A model generated the notes under the pieces. That model made no database searches. It saw only the letters and a list, made by a program, of their open reading frames with translations, and was not told the origin of the DNA. From Thermoanaerobaculia bacterium (GTDB lineage Bacteria; Acidobacteriota; Thermoanaerobaculia; UBA5066): a DNA stretch of 64,000 nucleotides. Both the position numbers and the translations under genes were made by a program. Every line of letters begins with the position of its first letter. The first letter of the stretch is position 1. The stretch spans positions 23,588-87,587 of the forward strand of contig CAWFJJ010000006.1 of the NCBI GenBank assembly GCA_963816185.1, given 5' to 3'. Shown here in pieces: positions 10,421 through 20,027 of the stretch.

Positions 10421-12952
10421 GTGCCGAAGATCGCTTTGTCGCTGCTGGAGGCGACCCTCGAGTCCACGGCGGACGGCATCCTCGTGGTGGACCTGAACGG
10501 GCGCATCGTCTCGTACAACCAACGGTTCGCCGAGATGTGGCGGATTCCCCCGGAAGTCCTGCAGACACACGACGACGATCGGGCGCTCGGCTTCGTCATC
10601 GAGCAACTCGCGGATCCGGAGGCCTTCCTCGAAAAGGTACGGGAACTGTACGCAACCCCCGAGGCGGAGAGCATGGACGTCCTCACATTTCGCGACGGCC
10701 GGGTCTTCGAGCGCCTCTCGAGACCCCAGCTTCTGCAGGGACGCCCCGCGGGACGAGTCTGGAGCTTCCGAGACGTCACCGAGAGGAAGCGCTCCGAACT
10801 GCTACAGCAGGCGACCTATCGGATTTCCGAATCGGCGCACGAGGCCACGAGCCTCGAGGAGCTCTTCCGGGCTCTTCACGCCATCGTCAGCGAGCTGATG
10901 CCGGCCCAGAATTTCTACATCGCTCTCCACGACCGGCAGAGCGACACCATCAGCTTCCCCTACTTCGTCGACGAGTTCGATGCTCCGCCCGCCCCCAAGC
11001 CCCTCGGACGGGGGCTCACCGAATACGTTCTTCGGACCGGCCAGCCGATCCTGGCCTCTCCGGAGGTTTTCGAGGAGCTTGTTCGCCGGGGGGAAGTCGA
11101 GCTCCTCGGCGCCCCCTCGGTCGACTGGCTCGGCGTTCCGTTGCGGACGGCTCAGGAGACGATCGGGATCGTCGTGGTCCAGAGCTACACGGAAGGTGTC
11201 CGGTTCCGCGACACCGACCGGGACCTCCTCGCGTTCGTGTCGACCCAGCTCGCGATGGCCATCGAGCGCAAGGCAGCCGAAGCGGCCATGCGGGCGTCAG
11301 AGCTTCGCTACCGACTTCTGTTCGAGCGGGGTCTGGCCGGCGTGTACCGGATGACTGCCGACGGGTACGTCGTGGAATGCAACCGGGCTCTCGCCAGCCT
11401 GCTCGGGTACGCTTCGCCCGGTGAAGTTCGCGGCCTCGGCCCCGCCGAGCTCTTCGTGGACCCTGCCGAGCGGCTGGCCGGACTCGAGCGTTTGCGCACA
11501 CAGCGCATCGCCGTCAACCAGGAGGTGTGGATGCGTCGCCGCGACGACACATCCGTCTGGGTTCTCCTGAACGAGAGTCTCGTCCAGGAGGCCGGTGCCC
11601 CTCCCGTCGTGGACGGCAGTCTCATCGACATCACCGACCGGAAGGTGGCGGAGGAGAAGAGCTGGAAGATGGCGCACCACGACTCGCTGACCGGCCTTCC
11701 CAATCGGACGCTCTTCAACGACCGTCTCGAGCTGGCCATCCAGCGAGCTCGGCGAGGCAGCCAGCGGCTCGCCATCATGTTTCTGGACCTGGACGACTTC
11801 AAGCACGTCAACGACACGCTCGGGCATTCGGCAGGGGACGAGCTGCTCGTGCAGGTCGGAGGGCGCCTCCGGCATATTCTTCGCGGAGAGGACACGGTGG
11901 CGCGACTGGGAGGAGACGAGTTTCTTCTCCTGATAACCGACGTTAAGGATTCGACCGGCGTCGGCGTGATGGCACGGAAGGTCCTCGCGGTCTTTGAATC
12001 TCCCTTCCTCGTCAAGAAAAGGGAGCTCTTTCTCTCCGCCAGCCTCGGCATCGTGCTCTACCCTGAAGACGGAAGCGACCCGGAGGTCCTGCTCTCCAAC
12101 GTCGACACCGCGATGTACCGGGCGAAGAAGATCGGTCGTAACAACTACCAGTTCTTCACCGCCGAGATGCAGCAGCACGCACAGGAGCGGGCCCGGCTCG
12201 AGAGCGGTCTCAGGCGCGCCTTGCCGCGAGACGAGTTCGTGCTCCACTATCAGCCTATCCGGGACCTGCGCAGCAGAAAAATCGTCGGTCTCGAGGCGCT
12301 CGTGCGATGGCAGCACCCCGAGCACGGTTTGCTTCCCCCGCGAAACTTCGTTGCGCTCGCCGAGGACGTTGGCCTGATCATGCCGCTGGGAGCCTGGGTT
12401 CTCCGACGGGCCTGCGAACGAACGCGCGCCTGGCGGGAGCAAAACGTCCGCAACCTCACGATCGCCGTGAATCTGTCGGCCCGCCAGGTCCAGAGCGAGG
12501 AATTCGCGCGCCAGGTGACCCAGATTCTCCATGAAACAGGTCTGCCGCCGATCGGCCTCGACCTGGAGATCACCGAGTCCGCCGCCATGCAGAACGTCGA
12601 GGTCACCGGCCATGTCCTCGGTCAACTCTCGGCGCTGGGAGTGAGGATCTCCATCGACGACTTCGGCACGGGGCACTCGTCGCTCAGCTACCTGAAGCAC
12701 TTCCCCATCAATCGCCTGAAGATAGACCGCTCGTTCATCGACGGAATGACTCGCGACACGCGCGACCGCGCCATCGTCGCCGGAATCCTTTCCATCGCCC
12801 ACAATCTCGGACTGAGGGTCGTAGCCGAAGGCGTCGAAACCAAAGAGCAGGCTGCCCTCCTCGGAGATCTCGACTGTGACGAGGTGCAGGGGTTCTTCTT
12901 TGGCGCGCCTGTGCCCGAGAGCCAGGTCGAGAAGCTGCTTGCCGAGGGATAG
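10421..12952 (+). CDS. PAS-GAF-PAS-GGDEF-EAL diguanylate cyclase/phosphodiesterase
   Basis: [45 protein letters not shown]; GTG start after GGAGG. Confidence 0.93.
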   Translation: MPKIALSLLEATLESTADGILVVDLNGRIVSYNQRFAEMWRIPPEVLQTHDDDRALGFVIEQLADPEAFLEKVRELYATPEAESMDVLTFRDGRVFERLSRPQLLQGRPAGRVWSFRDVTERKRSELLQQATYRISESAHEATSLEELFRALHAIVSELMPAQNFYIALHDRQSDTISFPYFVDEFDAPPAPKPLGRGLTEYVLRTGQPILASPEVFEELVRRGEVELLGAPSVDWLGVPLRTAQETIGIVVVQSYTEGVRFRDTDRDLLAFVSTQLAMAIERKAAEAAMRASELRYRLLFERGLAGVYRMTADGYVVECNRALASLLGYASPGEVRGLGPAELFVDPAERLAGLERLRTQRIAVNQEVWMRRRDDTSVWVLLNESLVQEAGAPPVVDGSLIDITDRKVAEEKSWKMAHHDSLTGLPNRTLFNDRLELAIQRARRGSQRLAIMFLDLDDFKHVNDTLGHSAGDELLVQVGGRLRHILRGEDTVARLGGDEFLLLITDVKDSTGVGVMARKVLAVFESPFLVKKRELFLSASLGIVLYPEDGSDPEVLLSNVDTAMYRAKKIGRNNYQFFTAEMQQHAQERARLESGLRRALPRDEFVLHYQPIRDLRSRKIVGLEALVRWQHPEHGLLPPRNFVALAEDVGLIMPLGAWVLRRACERTRAWREQNVRNLTIAVNLSARQVQSEEFARQVTQILHETGLPPIGLDLEITESAAMQNVEVTGHVLGQLSALGVRISIDDFGTGHSSLSYLKHFPINRLKIDRSFIDGMTRDTRDRAIVAGILSIAHNLGLRVVAEGVETKEQAALLGDLDCDEVQGFFFGAPVPESQVEKLLAEG

Positions 12953-13169
12953 GACCGGGTACTCAGGGTAGGTTCCGGGGGGTCAACCAGTTGCGCGCCT
13001 GAGTCGCCATCAACTGAAGACTGCCCTCTCTCGCGCAGGTTCCAGACTGCCGGCTTAGGCGGGCTGGCCGTCGGCCGCGCAGGCCGGCAATTTTTCGATG
13101 TCAACTTCAAGCCGTGGGGAATATTCCCGGGCTTCCGCCAGTCCACTCATCAGCTTGGAGGGAGGCGTG

Positions 13170-13625
13170 ATGAGAAACGTCCGCCCACGCATGGAGTCTG
13201 CTCTGCTCGACGCCTCGTCCGTGTCGTCGGCGAGACGGCAGACTCCTGCGGTTGCAGCGCACGAACATGACGGACAGTGCAGACTTGCGGTATCCGCCAC
13301 GACGTGGGTGTGTGCGCTCTTCCTGGCGTTCGCCTTGCTCGGCCCAAGCGGCGGCAACGCGCAAGCCCAGGTCGTCACCGAGTTCAGTTCCGGCATTACC
13401 GCCAGCGCAAGCCCCCTCGGCATCACGGCAGGCCCCGACGGCAACCTGTGGTTCACGGAATACAGCGGCCACCGCATCGGGCGGATCACCCCGCTCGGAG
13501 CCGTGACCGAGTTCAGCGCCGGCATCACCGCCGGCGCGCGGCCCGTCGGCATCGCGTCCGGCCCCGATGGCGATTTGTGGTTCGCGGAAGACGACGGCAA
13601 CCGGGTGAACGGCTTCTTCAGGTGA
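13170..13625 (+). pseudogene. Truncated Vgb (virginiamycin B lyase)-like beta-propeller protein
   Basis: Signal-like segment then only two GITAGPDGNLWFTE-type blades before the stop. Confidence 0.65.
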
Positions 13626-13692
13626 GCACTTGCGATCTTTCCGCCCGGAATCACTTTCAATGTGGGCACTTCTCAAGGAGGAGATTCGAATC

Positions 13693-14532
13693 ATGAAGTC
13701 ACCGGCCGTTCGGGGGTACGCAGTCATCTTCGCTTTCGCTCTGCAACTCGTCGTCATGGGCCGCGCCTTGGCCGACGACCAAAAACACGATCCGCTCATC
13801 CTGGCGGCCGTGCCGGACTCGTCCGTCAGCCCGACTCAACTCACGATCATGGGAGAGAACTTCGGTACGCTGAAGCCGGCAGTCACCCTCGATTCGATCC
13901 CGCTGACGGTCGTCAACTTCGGATCCACTTCTGTCACGGCGCTGCTTCCGGCAGGGCTGACTCCGGGCTCCTACCTGCTGACGTTGCAGCGGAACGGACA
14001 AAAGCAGAACACGGCGGAGTTCGATGTCGCACTCGGCGCGATCGGGCCAAAAGGCGAGAAGGGCGATCCGGGGGCTCTCGGACCGGCGGGGCCAGCGGGG
14101 CCATCCGGACCGACGGGGCCCGTCGGACCGACGGGTCCACAGGGTCCAGAGGGAGCACCGGGCGCCGGTGCGAGTGACGTCTTCTCCGTCACGGGGCCGA
14201 GTGTCTCACTTCGCATCTTCGCCAAGAGCGTGGCCACCCTGGACGTGCCGGCTGGCGAATACTGGATCGTGTTCACGTCCACCGTGACGAATACGACGGG
14301 CGATATCTTGAACCCGACGGATACGATTGCGTGCTCGATCGCCGGCGTCGGATCTCCGAACTCGGTTCGCCTTGGGCAGGACGCCAATCAGGGCGTCATG
14401 GCGCTTCAAGGGGTGGCCGCCTTTGGCGCGCCGACTTCGATAGACGTCACGTGTCAGGGATCCACCATATTCTTCAGTGGACGGTCCGACAACAACGTGC
14501 TGACCGCATTGAAGGTAGGCGCGATTCACTGA
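13693..14532 (+). CDS. Secreted IPT/TIG-like + collagen triple-helix repeat protein
   Basis: Signal peptide; [15 protein letters not shown] Ig-like segment; [10 protein letters not shown]..(GPx)n run. Confidence 0.75.
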   Translation: MKSPAVRGYAVIFAFALQLVVMGRALADDQKHDPLILAAVPDSSVSPTQLTIMGENFGTLKPAVTLDSIPLTVVNFGSTSVTALLPAGLTPGSYLLTLQRNGQKQNTAEFDVALGAIGPKGEKGDPGALGPAGPAGPSGPTGPVGPTGPQGPEGAPGAGASDVFSVTGPSVSLRIFAKSVATLDVPAGEYWIVFTSTVTNTTGDILNPTDTIACSIAGVGSPNSVRLGQDANQGVMALQGVAAFGAPTSIDVTCQGSTIFFSGRSDNNVLTALKVGAIH

Positions 14533-14585
14533 GCCCGATCCGTTTGTCGACCGATTCGTGCGCGTAAACTGCGGCGAGGGAGTCG

Positions 14586-15047
14586 GTGCCACAGCGTCTT
14601 CAGATCTCCGGTTCGCGGGCGATCATCCTCATCCGGCTGATGGTGGGGATCGTGTTCCTCTCCGAGGGGATCCAGAAATTCCTCCACCCGGCTGAGATGG
14701 GGGCGGGACGCTTCGCGAAGATCGGAATCCCGTCGCCCGAGCTCATGGGACCCTTCGTCGGCGTGGCCGAGATCGTGTGCGGGACCCTGGTCCTCTTAGG
14801 GCTCTTCATCCGTCTCGCGGCCGCCGTCATGCTGATCAACATCTCGGTCGCGCTGCTGTCGACGAAGCTGCCGATCCTGCTCGGACGTGCCATAGGACCT
14901 TTTGCTCTCCCGAAGGTCCCGCGATACGGCGTCTGGAGCTCGCTGCACGAGGCGCGCGTCGATCTCTGCATGTGGCTCGGCTCGCTCTTCCTGATCCTGG
15001 TGTCGGCGAAAACGAGAGCCGGGCAGGTCAAGGATCCGCCTCGTTAG
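14586..15047 (+). CDS. DoxX family membrane protein
   Basis: RLMVGIVFLSEGIQKF..GRFAKIGIP..EIVCGTLVLLGL. Confidence 0.8.
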   Translation: MPQRLQISGSRAIILIRLMVGIVFLSEGIQKFLHPAEMGAGRFAKIGIPSPELMGPFVGVAEIVCGTLVLLGLFIRLAAAVMLINISVALLSTKLPILLGRAIGPFALPKVPRYGVWSSLHEARVDLCMWLGSLFLILVSAKTRAGQVKDPPR

Positions 15048-15086
15048 AAGGCGACCGCCGCCCCGTGCGCGGGCGATAATGAGTTC

Positions 15087-15446
15087 ATGAATCTTTTGAA
15101 CGAGCGTCTCCATGGCGTTCTCGACCTCGTCACCGTAGCCGTCTTTCTTCTCGCGCCATCTTTCTTCGGGCTCGGTGGCTACGTGGCCGCCGTGGCTTGG
15201 GCGCTCGCGGTCGTCCATCTTCTGATGACACTCTTCACGCGTTTTCCGCTTGGCGTCGTCAAGGTGATCCCTTTCCCGATTCACGGGGTGGTCGAGCTCG
15301 TCGCCGGAGTCGTCCTCGTGCTCGCCATGCCGCGTTTGCTCCGCGCCGGCCCCGGCTCGCCTGCACGAACGTTCTTCATCGGCGCGGGCGTGGCCATCCT
15401 CATCGTCTGGCTGCTGACGCGCTACCGGGAGTCTCCGCGGCGCTGA
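15087..15446 (+). CDS. Small membrane protein (SPW-repeat-like)
   Basis: HGVLD, P.GVVKVIPFPIHGVVEL, 4 TM; GATAAT 6 nt before ATG suggests a leaderless mRNA. Confidence 0.65.
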   Translation: MNLLNERLHGVLDLVTVAVFLLAPSFFGLGGYVAAVAWALAVVHLLMTLFTRFPLGVVKVIPFPIHGVVELVAGVVLVLAMPRLLRAGPGSPARTFFIGAGVAILIVWLLTRYRESPRR

Positions 15447-15466
15447 CGCTCGGGGCCTTACGCAGC

Positions 15467-18163
15467 TCACGGCTTCGCCGCGAGCCGCGCGTCCAGGTTC
15501 TCGAGCCAGTGGAACGTGGCGATCACGGTGCGGGTCGGGGCCGTCCCGTCCTGCGAGCTGGTCGGCTCGAGGAAGACGAAGGAGCCGTCCGGAAAAACGT
15601 CGTAGGTGGTATGCGCGGCACCCTGCGGCCGCGCGAAGCGGTCCTTGAAAACGGTGACCGGCGGCTGGAAGGCGGGCGCCGGAGCCGTGCCGAGGCGCGC
15701 CACCATCAGATCGGCGTCGGAGCGGAAGTAGAGTGACCGGCCGTCGCGCGCCCAGACGGGCTGGATACCCCCGTCGGTCGAGATCGGTACTTTGCCGCCA
15801 CCGTTCGGCAAGGGCTGCAGATAGACCTCGTCCCGCCCGGACTCGTTCGACCGGTACGCGAGCCACCGGCCGTCGGGGGAGACCCGGCCCGAGGACTCGT
15901 CGAACGGCGTTTCGAGGAAAGGCCGCGGCATCGGCTTCTCTTCCAGGTCCAGGCGCACGATGTCGGTGCGCGATTTCGTTCGATACACGTCCACCAACAG
16001 GAACCGGCCGTCGGGGGACCAGTCGGTCACGTGGGCGTGGTCGGAAAGAGTCCAGAGCACCTCCTCGGCGCCGCTGCCGTCGGCGGGCCTCCGGATCACG
16101 CGCCGCTTCTCCCCCCGCGTTGCGCTGAACGCGATCCACCGGCCGTCGGGGGACCAGACCGGCGTCTCGTCCTCCCCCGGCTCGAACGTCAGCCGCGTCA
16201 GCGAGTCGCGCACGAGGTCGAGCGTCCAGACGTCGTCTCCCTCTTCCTGCACGTGGAGCGCGAGGCGGCGTCCGTCGGGCGAAACGCGCGAGTCCGAGTA
16301 CTCGTGGACCGTCTTCGACAGGGGCGTGGCGAGACCGGTCGCCTTCACGCGCCGCAGGAGACAGGGCGACTCGTTGAGGACGCTCCCCGGCAGGTGGACC
16401 AGAGTACCCGTCTCCGAGACGTCGTATTGCGCGGCGCTGCCCACCAGCGCGACTCCCGGGACCACGAGGACGGGCTCCTTCGTGAGCCGTCGCTCGCGGA
16501 GCGACAGGGGCGCCGCGAATAGGCCTTCGGCGCGGGCCACGAGCAGCATCCCGGTGGCGAGCCAGGTCGGGCTGGTTCCCGTCGTGAGCGTGGTCTCCTT
16601 CCCGTCCTCGAGCGACCGCAGGACGACCTGGCCGTCGGGCGCGAACGAGATCGCCGCCTGGCGAGCGTAGAGAAGCCAGCGGGAGCCCGGGAGCATCTGC
16701 GGGTGTGCGAGGCTCGAGCCGGCGACGACCAGCTGCGACGTGCCTCCGGTCGCCGGGACGACGCGGATACCGTCGAGCGCGCCGAAGTAGATGAGGCCGT
16801 TGTCTCCCCATGCGATGCCGCTCGGACCGGACGAGAGGTTCGTCCCGATCTCCGCCACGAGCACGACCTCGCTCGACCCGACCGCGACCTTCTTGATGGC
16901 GGTGTCGGTGGTGAAGCCGATGAAGCGGCTGTCGGGCGAGAAGAAGACGCTCTGGATCCCGTCCGATCCCGGGACCCGCGACGACCCCAGCTCGTCGAGG
17001 TGCCGGACCTCGAGGTACGAGCCCGTTCCGACCGACCCAACGACCGAGGCGAGGGTGCGGCCGTCGGGCGCGATCGCGAGAAGGCGCCGCTGGATCGTGA
17101 GGCCGAGTCGGGGTCCCATCGGGTAGCTCGTCCGGATGAGCGGGTGCCGGCGGACCGCCGGCGCGGGCTTCAGCATCCACGCCGCGGCGGCCGCGAGGGC
17201 GGCCGCACCGAGCACGGCGATTGCGAGGGGGAGAGAAGGGCTCCGGCGGGTCGCGGCGGGGGCTTCGGCGAGCCGGTCGGTGCCGGCGACGTCGAGCTCG
17301 AGGCGCGCGTCGCCGATGTCGCGGAGCCGCAGTTTCGGTTCGCGCACGAGGCAGCGGATCAGGAGGCGGCGAACGTGGTCGGGAGTCTCCGCCGGGAGCG
17401 CGGCAAGGTCCAGGTCCTGCCTCAGGACCGCAGCCAGCGTGTCGCTGACCGTCTCGCCACCGAAGAGGCGCTTGCCCGCGAGCATCTCGTGGAGGACGAC
17501 GCCGAAGGACCAGATGTCGGTCCTCTTGTCGACCGGTTTGCCGCGCGCCTGCTCGGGGCTCATGTAAGCCGCGGTGCCGAGGATCATTCCCGCCTCGGTC
17601 AAATGTCGAGACATCGTCGGCGACTGCGTGAGGGACGCTACACTCGAGGCCGCGGCGTCGTCTCCCCCGAACGCCTTCGCGAGCCCGAAGTCGAGGATCT
17701 TCACGACCCCGTCGCGCGTGAGTTTCACGTTCGCGGGCTTCAGGTCGCGGTGGACGATCCCCTTCTCGTGCGCCGCCTCGAGCCCCTCGGCGATCTGCTT
17801 CGCGATCGCGATTGCCTCGTCCACCGGGATCGCGCCGCGCGCGAGGCGCCGCGCGAGGTCCTCGCCGTCGACGAGCTCCATGACGAGGATGTGGCGCGTC
17901 GAAGAGGAAGAGGAAGAGGGGATTTCTTCGAAGGAATAGATGGCGGCGATCCCGGGATGGTTCAGGCTAGCCAGCGTGCGGGCTTCCCTTTCGAAGCGCG
18001 CTCTTCTTTCTTCACCTTCAAAGAATTTTTCCGGCAGCACCTTGATCGCAACGTCTCTCGCGAGCCGAGGGTCCCGGGCGCGGTAGACCTCGCCCATCCC
18101 GCCCGCGCCGAGAGGCGAGGACACCTCGTAGGGACCGAGCCTAGTACCGGGCTCGAGAGCCAT
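15467..18163 (-). CDS. Ser/Thr protein kinase with TM and TolB/PD40 beta-propeller
   Basis: GAGGMGEV, VAIK, HRDLKPAN, DFG, YMSPEQ; repeated SPDGR blades. Confidence 0.93.
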   Translation of the reverse strand: MALEPGTRLGPYEVSSPLGAGGMGEVYRARDPRLARDVAIKVLPEKFFEGEERRARFEREARTLASLNHPGIAAIYSFEEIPSSSSSSTRHILVMELVDGEDLARRLARGAIPVDEAIAIAKQIAEGLEAAHEKGIVHRDLKPANVKLTRDGVVKILDFGLAKAFGGDDAAASSVASLTQSPTMSRHLTEAGMILGTAAYMSPEQARGKPVDKRTDIWSFGVVLHEMLAGKRLFGGETVSDTLAAVLRQDLDLAALPAETPDHVRRLLIRCLVREPKLRLRDIGDARLELDVAGTDRLAEAPAATRRSPSLPLAIAVLGAAALAAAAAWMLKPAPAVRRHPLIRTSYPMGPRLGLTIQRRLLAIAPDGRTLASVVGSVGTGSYLEVRHLDELGSSRVPGSDGIQSVFFSPDSRFIGFTTDTAIKKVAVGSSEVVLVAEIGTNLSSGPSGIAWGDNGLIYFGALDGIRVVPATGGTSQLVVAGSSLAHPQMLPGSRWLLYARQAAISFAPDGQVVLRSLEDGKETTLTTGTSPTWLATGMLLVARAEGLFAAPLSLRERRLTKEPVLVVPGVALVGSAAQYDVSETGTLVHLPGSVLNESPCLLRRVKATGLATPLSKTVHEYSDSRVSPDGRRLALHVQEEGDDVWTLDLVRDSLTRLTFEPGEDETPVWSPDGRWIAFSATRGEKRRVIRRPADGSGAEEVLWTLSDHAHVTDWSPDGRFLLVDVYRTKSRTDIVRLDLEEKPMPRPFLETPFDESSGRVSPDGRWLAYRSNESGRDEVYLQPLPNGGGKVPISTDGGIQPVWARDGRSLYFRSDADLMVARLGTAPAPAFQPPVTVFKDRFARPQGAAHTTYDVFPDGSFVFLEPTSSQDGTAPTRTVIATFHWLENLDARLAAKP

Positions 18164-18276
18164 CCGCCCCCTCCGACTCGACGGGTTACGTGGTCCGAGC
18201 TGTCGGCGGGCAGTCTACCCTTCACCTCAAGAGGCGGATGCCTCATCCGAGCCCGGCTCCGCGGCCGAAGAATGAA

Positions 18277-18948
18277 TCAAGGCACGGCGTCCTGAACCAC
18301 GACCTCTACGCGGCGGTTCTGACTCCGGCCCTCTGGCGTGCCGTTACTCGCTACCGGTTTTGTCGAACCGTAACCGTGGGTCTCGATTCGGTCCCCCGAA
18401 ACGCCGTTCTTGATGAAGATGGCTCTTACGGACTCGGCCCTGAGCTCTGAGAGCCTCATGTTGAACTTGGCCGGCCCGGTCGAGTCGGTGTGGCCTTCCA
18501 CGAGGATTTTTCCGTCGGCGGCGCCGGCCAGCGCCTGACCGATCCGGGCGAGGCGCTCGCGGGCGCGACGCTTCACATCCGAGTGGCCGGAATCGAAGTA
18601 CACGCTACCGGGAAGCGTCAGAACGATCCCTCGCGGCTCGATCCGCGCGGACTGCTCGATCTGCTGGAGACGGACCAGGAGCTCGCCTTGCCTCTTCTCG
18701 CGCTCGGCGGCCTGCCTCCGGGCTTCGTCGGCCCGGGCGCGCTCTTCATCCGCCCGCCGGGCAGCGGCAACCTGCTCGTCGGCCTGGCGCTTCTCTGCGG
18801 CAGCCTGCTCCTCGGTCTGCTTCTTCTCCTCTCCGTCCGGCTTAGGTTTCGTTTCCGCGCAGGCGCCGAGGAAGAGGAGAACGGCGGCCGCAGAGAGGAC
18901 CGCCGACGCGGAGGTCCGTCGCGAGAGAGCGTCACGAATCATTGTCAT
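18277..18948 (-). CDS. OmpA family lipoprotein
   Basis: Lipobox LGAC; VEGHTD, LSELRAESV, GYG..P.ASN, NRRVE. Confidence 0.88.
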   Translation of the reverse strand: MTMIRDALSRRTSASAVLSAAAVLLFLGACAETKPKPDGEEKKQTEEQAAAEKRQADEQVAAARRADEERARADEARRQAAEREKRQGELLVRLQQIEQSARIEPRGIVLTLPGSVYFDSGHSDVKRRARERLARIGQALAGAADGKILVEGHTDSTGPAKFNMRLSELRAESVRAIFIKNGVSGDRIETHGYGSTKPVASNGTPEGRSQNRRVEVVVQDAVP

Positions 18949-19115
18949 TCCTCCCACGGGCCCCGCGCTTGCGCGTTGAATTCCCGATTCCGCTTGTCGA
19001 GGTCGTCGAGCTGTTCTTGGAGCGTGGCCGCTTGCTCCGCGAGCTGAACAGAGCACGCTTTACCCCAAGGCGGCACGGGAGGGCCTCGATCCACTGGTGG
19101 CGCGCCCCGCGTGCG

Positions 19116-19182
19116 CGCCGATGATCGAGATCACTGAAGCGCGCCGGCAAAGCCCGCGCTCCCGGATCCCCGGGTCCTTCCC
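19116..19182 (+). repeat. 67-bp dispersed repeat, ~90% identical to 23909-23975
   Basis: Manual alignment gives 7 mismatches in 67 nt. Confidence 0.85.
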
Positions 19183-19715
19183 ACCCTCGCCTCACTGACG
19201 ACCGCAACAGCGACCGGATCCCGATTGGGAATCCCGCGGTCGAGGGCCTTCTCAACCTTGGTGGCGACCTCGCTCTCCGGCAGTCCGTTGATCTGCGCGA
19301 TCTCGGAGACGATGAGATACCGGGCGTGCTCGTACATCTTCTTCTCTTGAGAGGAGAGCGCCTTCTGCGTCTGGGCACACGCCAGGTTCCTGAGGACGTC
19401 GGCGATATCCGTGAGGTGGCCCGAGCGCATTCTGTCTAGGTTCTGCTTGTACCGGCCTTTCCAGTCGGCGCTCGGCGGGAGCGTCGCGTTCTCGAGGACG
19501 CGGAACACCGACCCCACATCCGTGCGCCGTGTGAGCAGGCGCAGCCCAATGCGGTCGGAGTTTCCCACCGGCACCATCACGCGCGAATTGTTTCCGAAAA
19601 GGCGAAGGTGGTACCAGGGGACGGGCGAGCCTCCGAGGAGGGAGTCCTGAATCGTTTCGACGACCCCGACACCGTAGTTCGGGTAAACAAGCCTATCGCC
19701 GATCTTGAAGGACAC
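19131..19715 (-). CDS. CarD family transcription regulator
   Basis: FKIGDRLVYPNYGVG, VMVPV..IGLR, conserved W in DWKGRYK, LSSQEKKM. Confidence 0.9.
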   Translation of the reverse strand: MSFKIGDRLVYPNYGVGVVETIQDSLLGGSPVPWYHLRLFGNNSRVMVPVGNSDRIGLRLLTRRTDVGSVFRVLENATLPPSADWKGRYKQNLDRMRSGHLTDIADVLRNLACAQTQKALSSQEKKMYEHARYLIVSEIAQINGLPESEVATKVEKALDRGIPNRDPVAVAVVSEARVGRTRGSGSAGFAGALQ

Positions 19716-20027
19716 GGAATTGCCTCCTTTAGAAGCGCAACTGCGAGGATACTCCTACGCCTCTCATCCGTCAATGGCGTCTATGGCGGACGCGGCCGAT
19801 GGCGGACTGTTGCAAGCATGCGAAACATACGTCCTATGGTGGGAGATTGGTTAACTGCGCCGGCCTCGCAAAGAGAAGCAGAGCTTGCAAGCCTCTAAGA
19901 ACCGTACCCCACGAACGTACGCGCGCCGACGTAGTCGTATCCCTCGGTCGAAGGGGTTATAAGCTAGCGGGAGTCCGCCCCTGCGGATTTCTGCCTGATC
20001 GGATGGCTCCTGAAAGGAGAACAACCC

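Noticed and set aside
13082-13107. dif-like site (..GATGTCAACT; similar at ~40657 and ~55105)
   Set aside because: Match to XerC/XerD arms too weak to call by eye
17901-17920. GAAGAG microsatellite as a phase-variation tract
   Set aside because: In-frame 6-bp unit encoding a poly-Ser loop; cannot shift the frame
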